From Vicugna vicugna (Eukaryota), in NCBI GenBank assembly GCA_013265495.1, contig MU058221.1:2108001-2172000 (forward strand): a stretch of 64,000 nt of DNA, in the 5' to 3' direction. Below, one piece after another: positions 62,690-64,000 of this stretch. The notes below the pieces were generated by a model. That model worked only from the letters and a program-made list of their open reading frames with translations, made no database searches and was not told the DNA's origin. Position 1 is the first letter of the stretch, and every line of letters begins with the position of its first letter. Both the position numbers and the translations under genes were made by a program.

Positions 62690-63003
62690 CCTTTTTAAAA
62701 ATTTAATTTAATTTTAGTTTAGTTTAGTTTTATTGAAATATAATCAGTTTCTGGTGTGCAGCATAATGTTGCAGTCATGCGTATACATATATTCGTTTTC
62801 ATATTCTTTTTGTTTTTGTTTTTATTGAGTTTACAATGTTGTGTCAATTTCTGGTGCACAGCACAATTTTTCAGTCATACATTAATATACATACATTCAT
62901 TTTCATATTCTTTTTCACCATGAGCTACTAAAAGATCTTGAATATATTCCCCTGTGCTGTGCAGTATACACTTGTCTATCTGTTTTATTATATACCAGTC
63001 AGT
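62690..63003 (-). mobile_element. Two tandem short camelid L1 3' ends (~62690-62811 and ~62812-63003)
   Basis: Each begins with a T-tract plus ttttattga, then tttctggtg..cagca..cagtcat..attcgttttcatattcttttt / attcattttcatattcttttt. Confidence 0.82.
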
Positions 63004-64000
63004 ACCCCTGCCCGCGCTACGATTCGTCTTGGTTTGGTGTCCCCTGGCCAGCCCCCCCAGCCCACGGCCCAGAGCGTCTCAGACGGCAGCTCACCTGTTA
63101 CTGTGGGGCTCATGACAGGTTTAAACGGGGGAACCCTAGGAAGCGTTCATCGCGCAGCCCTGCCCCTAACGCGCACCTGTCAGCCGCAGGTGGCTTCCTG
63201 CTCGCGTGTGTTGGGGAAAAAAGCTTGGGTACCTTTCTCTCACGGCCTGCTGAGTCTTCAGAGGCATCATTTTCAGGAAGCTCTTCCCCCGGATGGAAAC
63301 CTTCCTCTACCAGGAGGAGAGCAGGGCTGAGCCTCAGGAAGCGAACTTCCCGCCTTGCGTGTTCTTGCTGCCGGGGCCCTGGAAGCGTGTTCAGCGCCCC
63401 CTGGGCAGTGAGGAAGGCCCGTGTTCCCCGGGACGGCCCAGGCACGGCGGGTGCCGCTGGCATCTGGGCCCTGAGGTGGTGCGTGGCGCCGGGCCCTGCC
63501 TCTCCACCCGCCTGTTTCCACCAGTGCTGTGGGCTGGTCCCATCCCCGCAGCGCGTCCTAGTGTGGCCTCGAGGGTGTGTGCATTCTCTTCCCGACACGG
63601 CAGATTAAGGGAATTAAAAAAAAAACGGATTTAGCACAAAATATAGAAGGGTCAGCCCAGCAATATTAAGTAGTCCTGTCAGACTGTCAGTAACGTTAAA
63701 AATGATCGTAGACTGAGTAACACATCTGTTCTTAGAGCGCAGCCGGCGCAGGGAGCAGCGGTGGTGGACGGCCGCCCTCTCGTGGAGGAAGTGGGGAACT
63801 GCGGTTTCCGGTGCTGTCGCTGGGTGACTCGAGGGGTGGCCTGGGTCACACTTGGGTTCAGGTCGCTCAGGGTTTCATAGGATGGGACTATTGCAATCCC
63901 CCCACCCTGCAAAGACAATGTATCAACAATTTTGTGCAAATCAGCATGGTATATGATTCGACTTAGCAGCATTTTTACTCTTTTCCATGGAAGCACATGC

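Overview
Mammalian genomic DNA, very probably camelid (alpaca/llama/camel), judged from a tRNA-Ala-derived vic-1-type SINE and cetartiodactyl-type L1 3' ends. The window is almost entirely one large intron of CTNNA2 (alpha-N-catenin) on the + strand. The only coding exon is at 61784-61950 (167 nt, GETMRIASSEF...LLSHLKI), followed by the start of the next intron. The rest is transposon debris (L1, L2, MIR, MLT/ERVL, ERV1 LTRs, DNA-transposon MITEs), two U6 snRNA retrocopies, micro/minisatellites and GC-rich patches. Nearly all ORFs in the track are chance ORFs. I found no new multi-gene system. The most notable observations are a U6/L1 chimeric retrocopy, a three-layer ERV>L1>U6 nest with a perfect 13-bp target-site duplication (TSD), a strong AT-to-GC drift that seems to build CpG-island-like DNA from ancient repeats, an inverted pair of related LTRs, and a coding exon that starts with a 5'-splice-site motif. 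Repeat family names and boundaries were judged by eye against remembered consensus sequences and are approximate.
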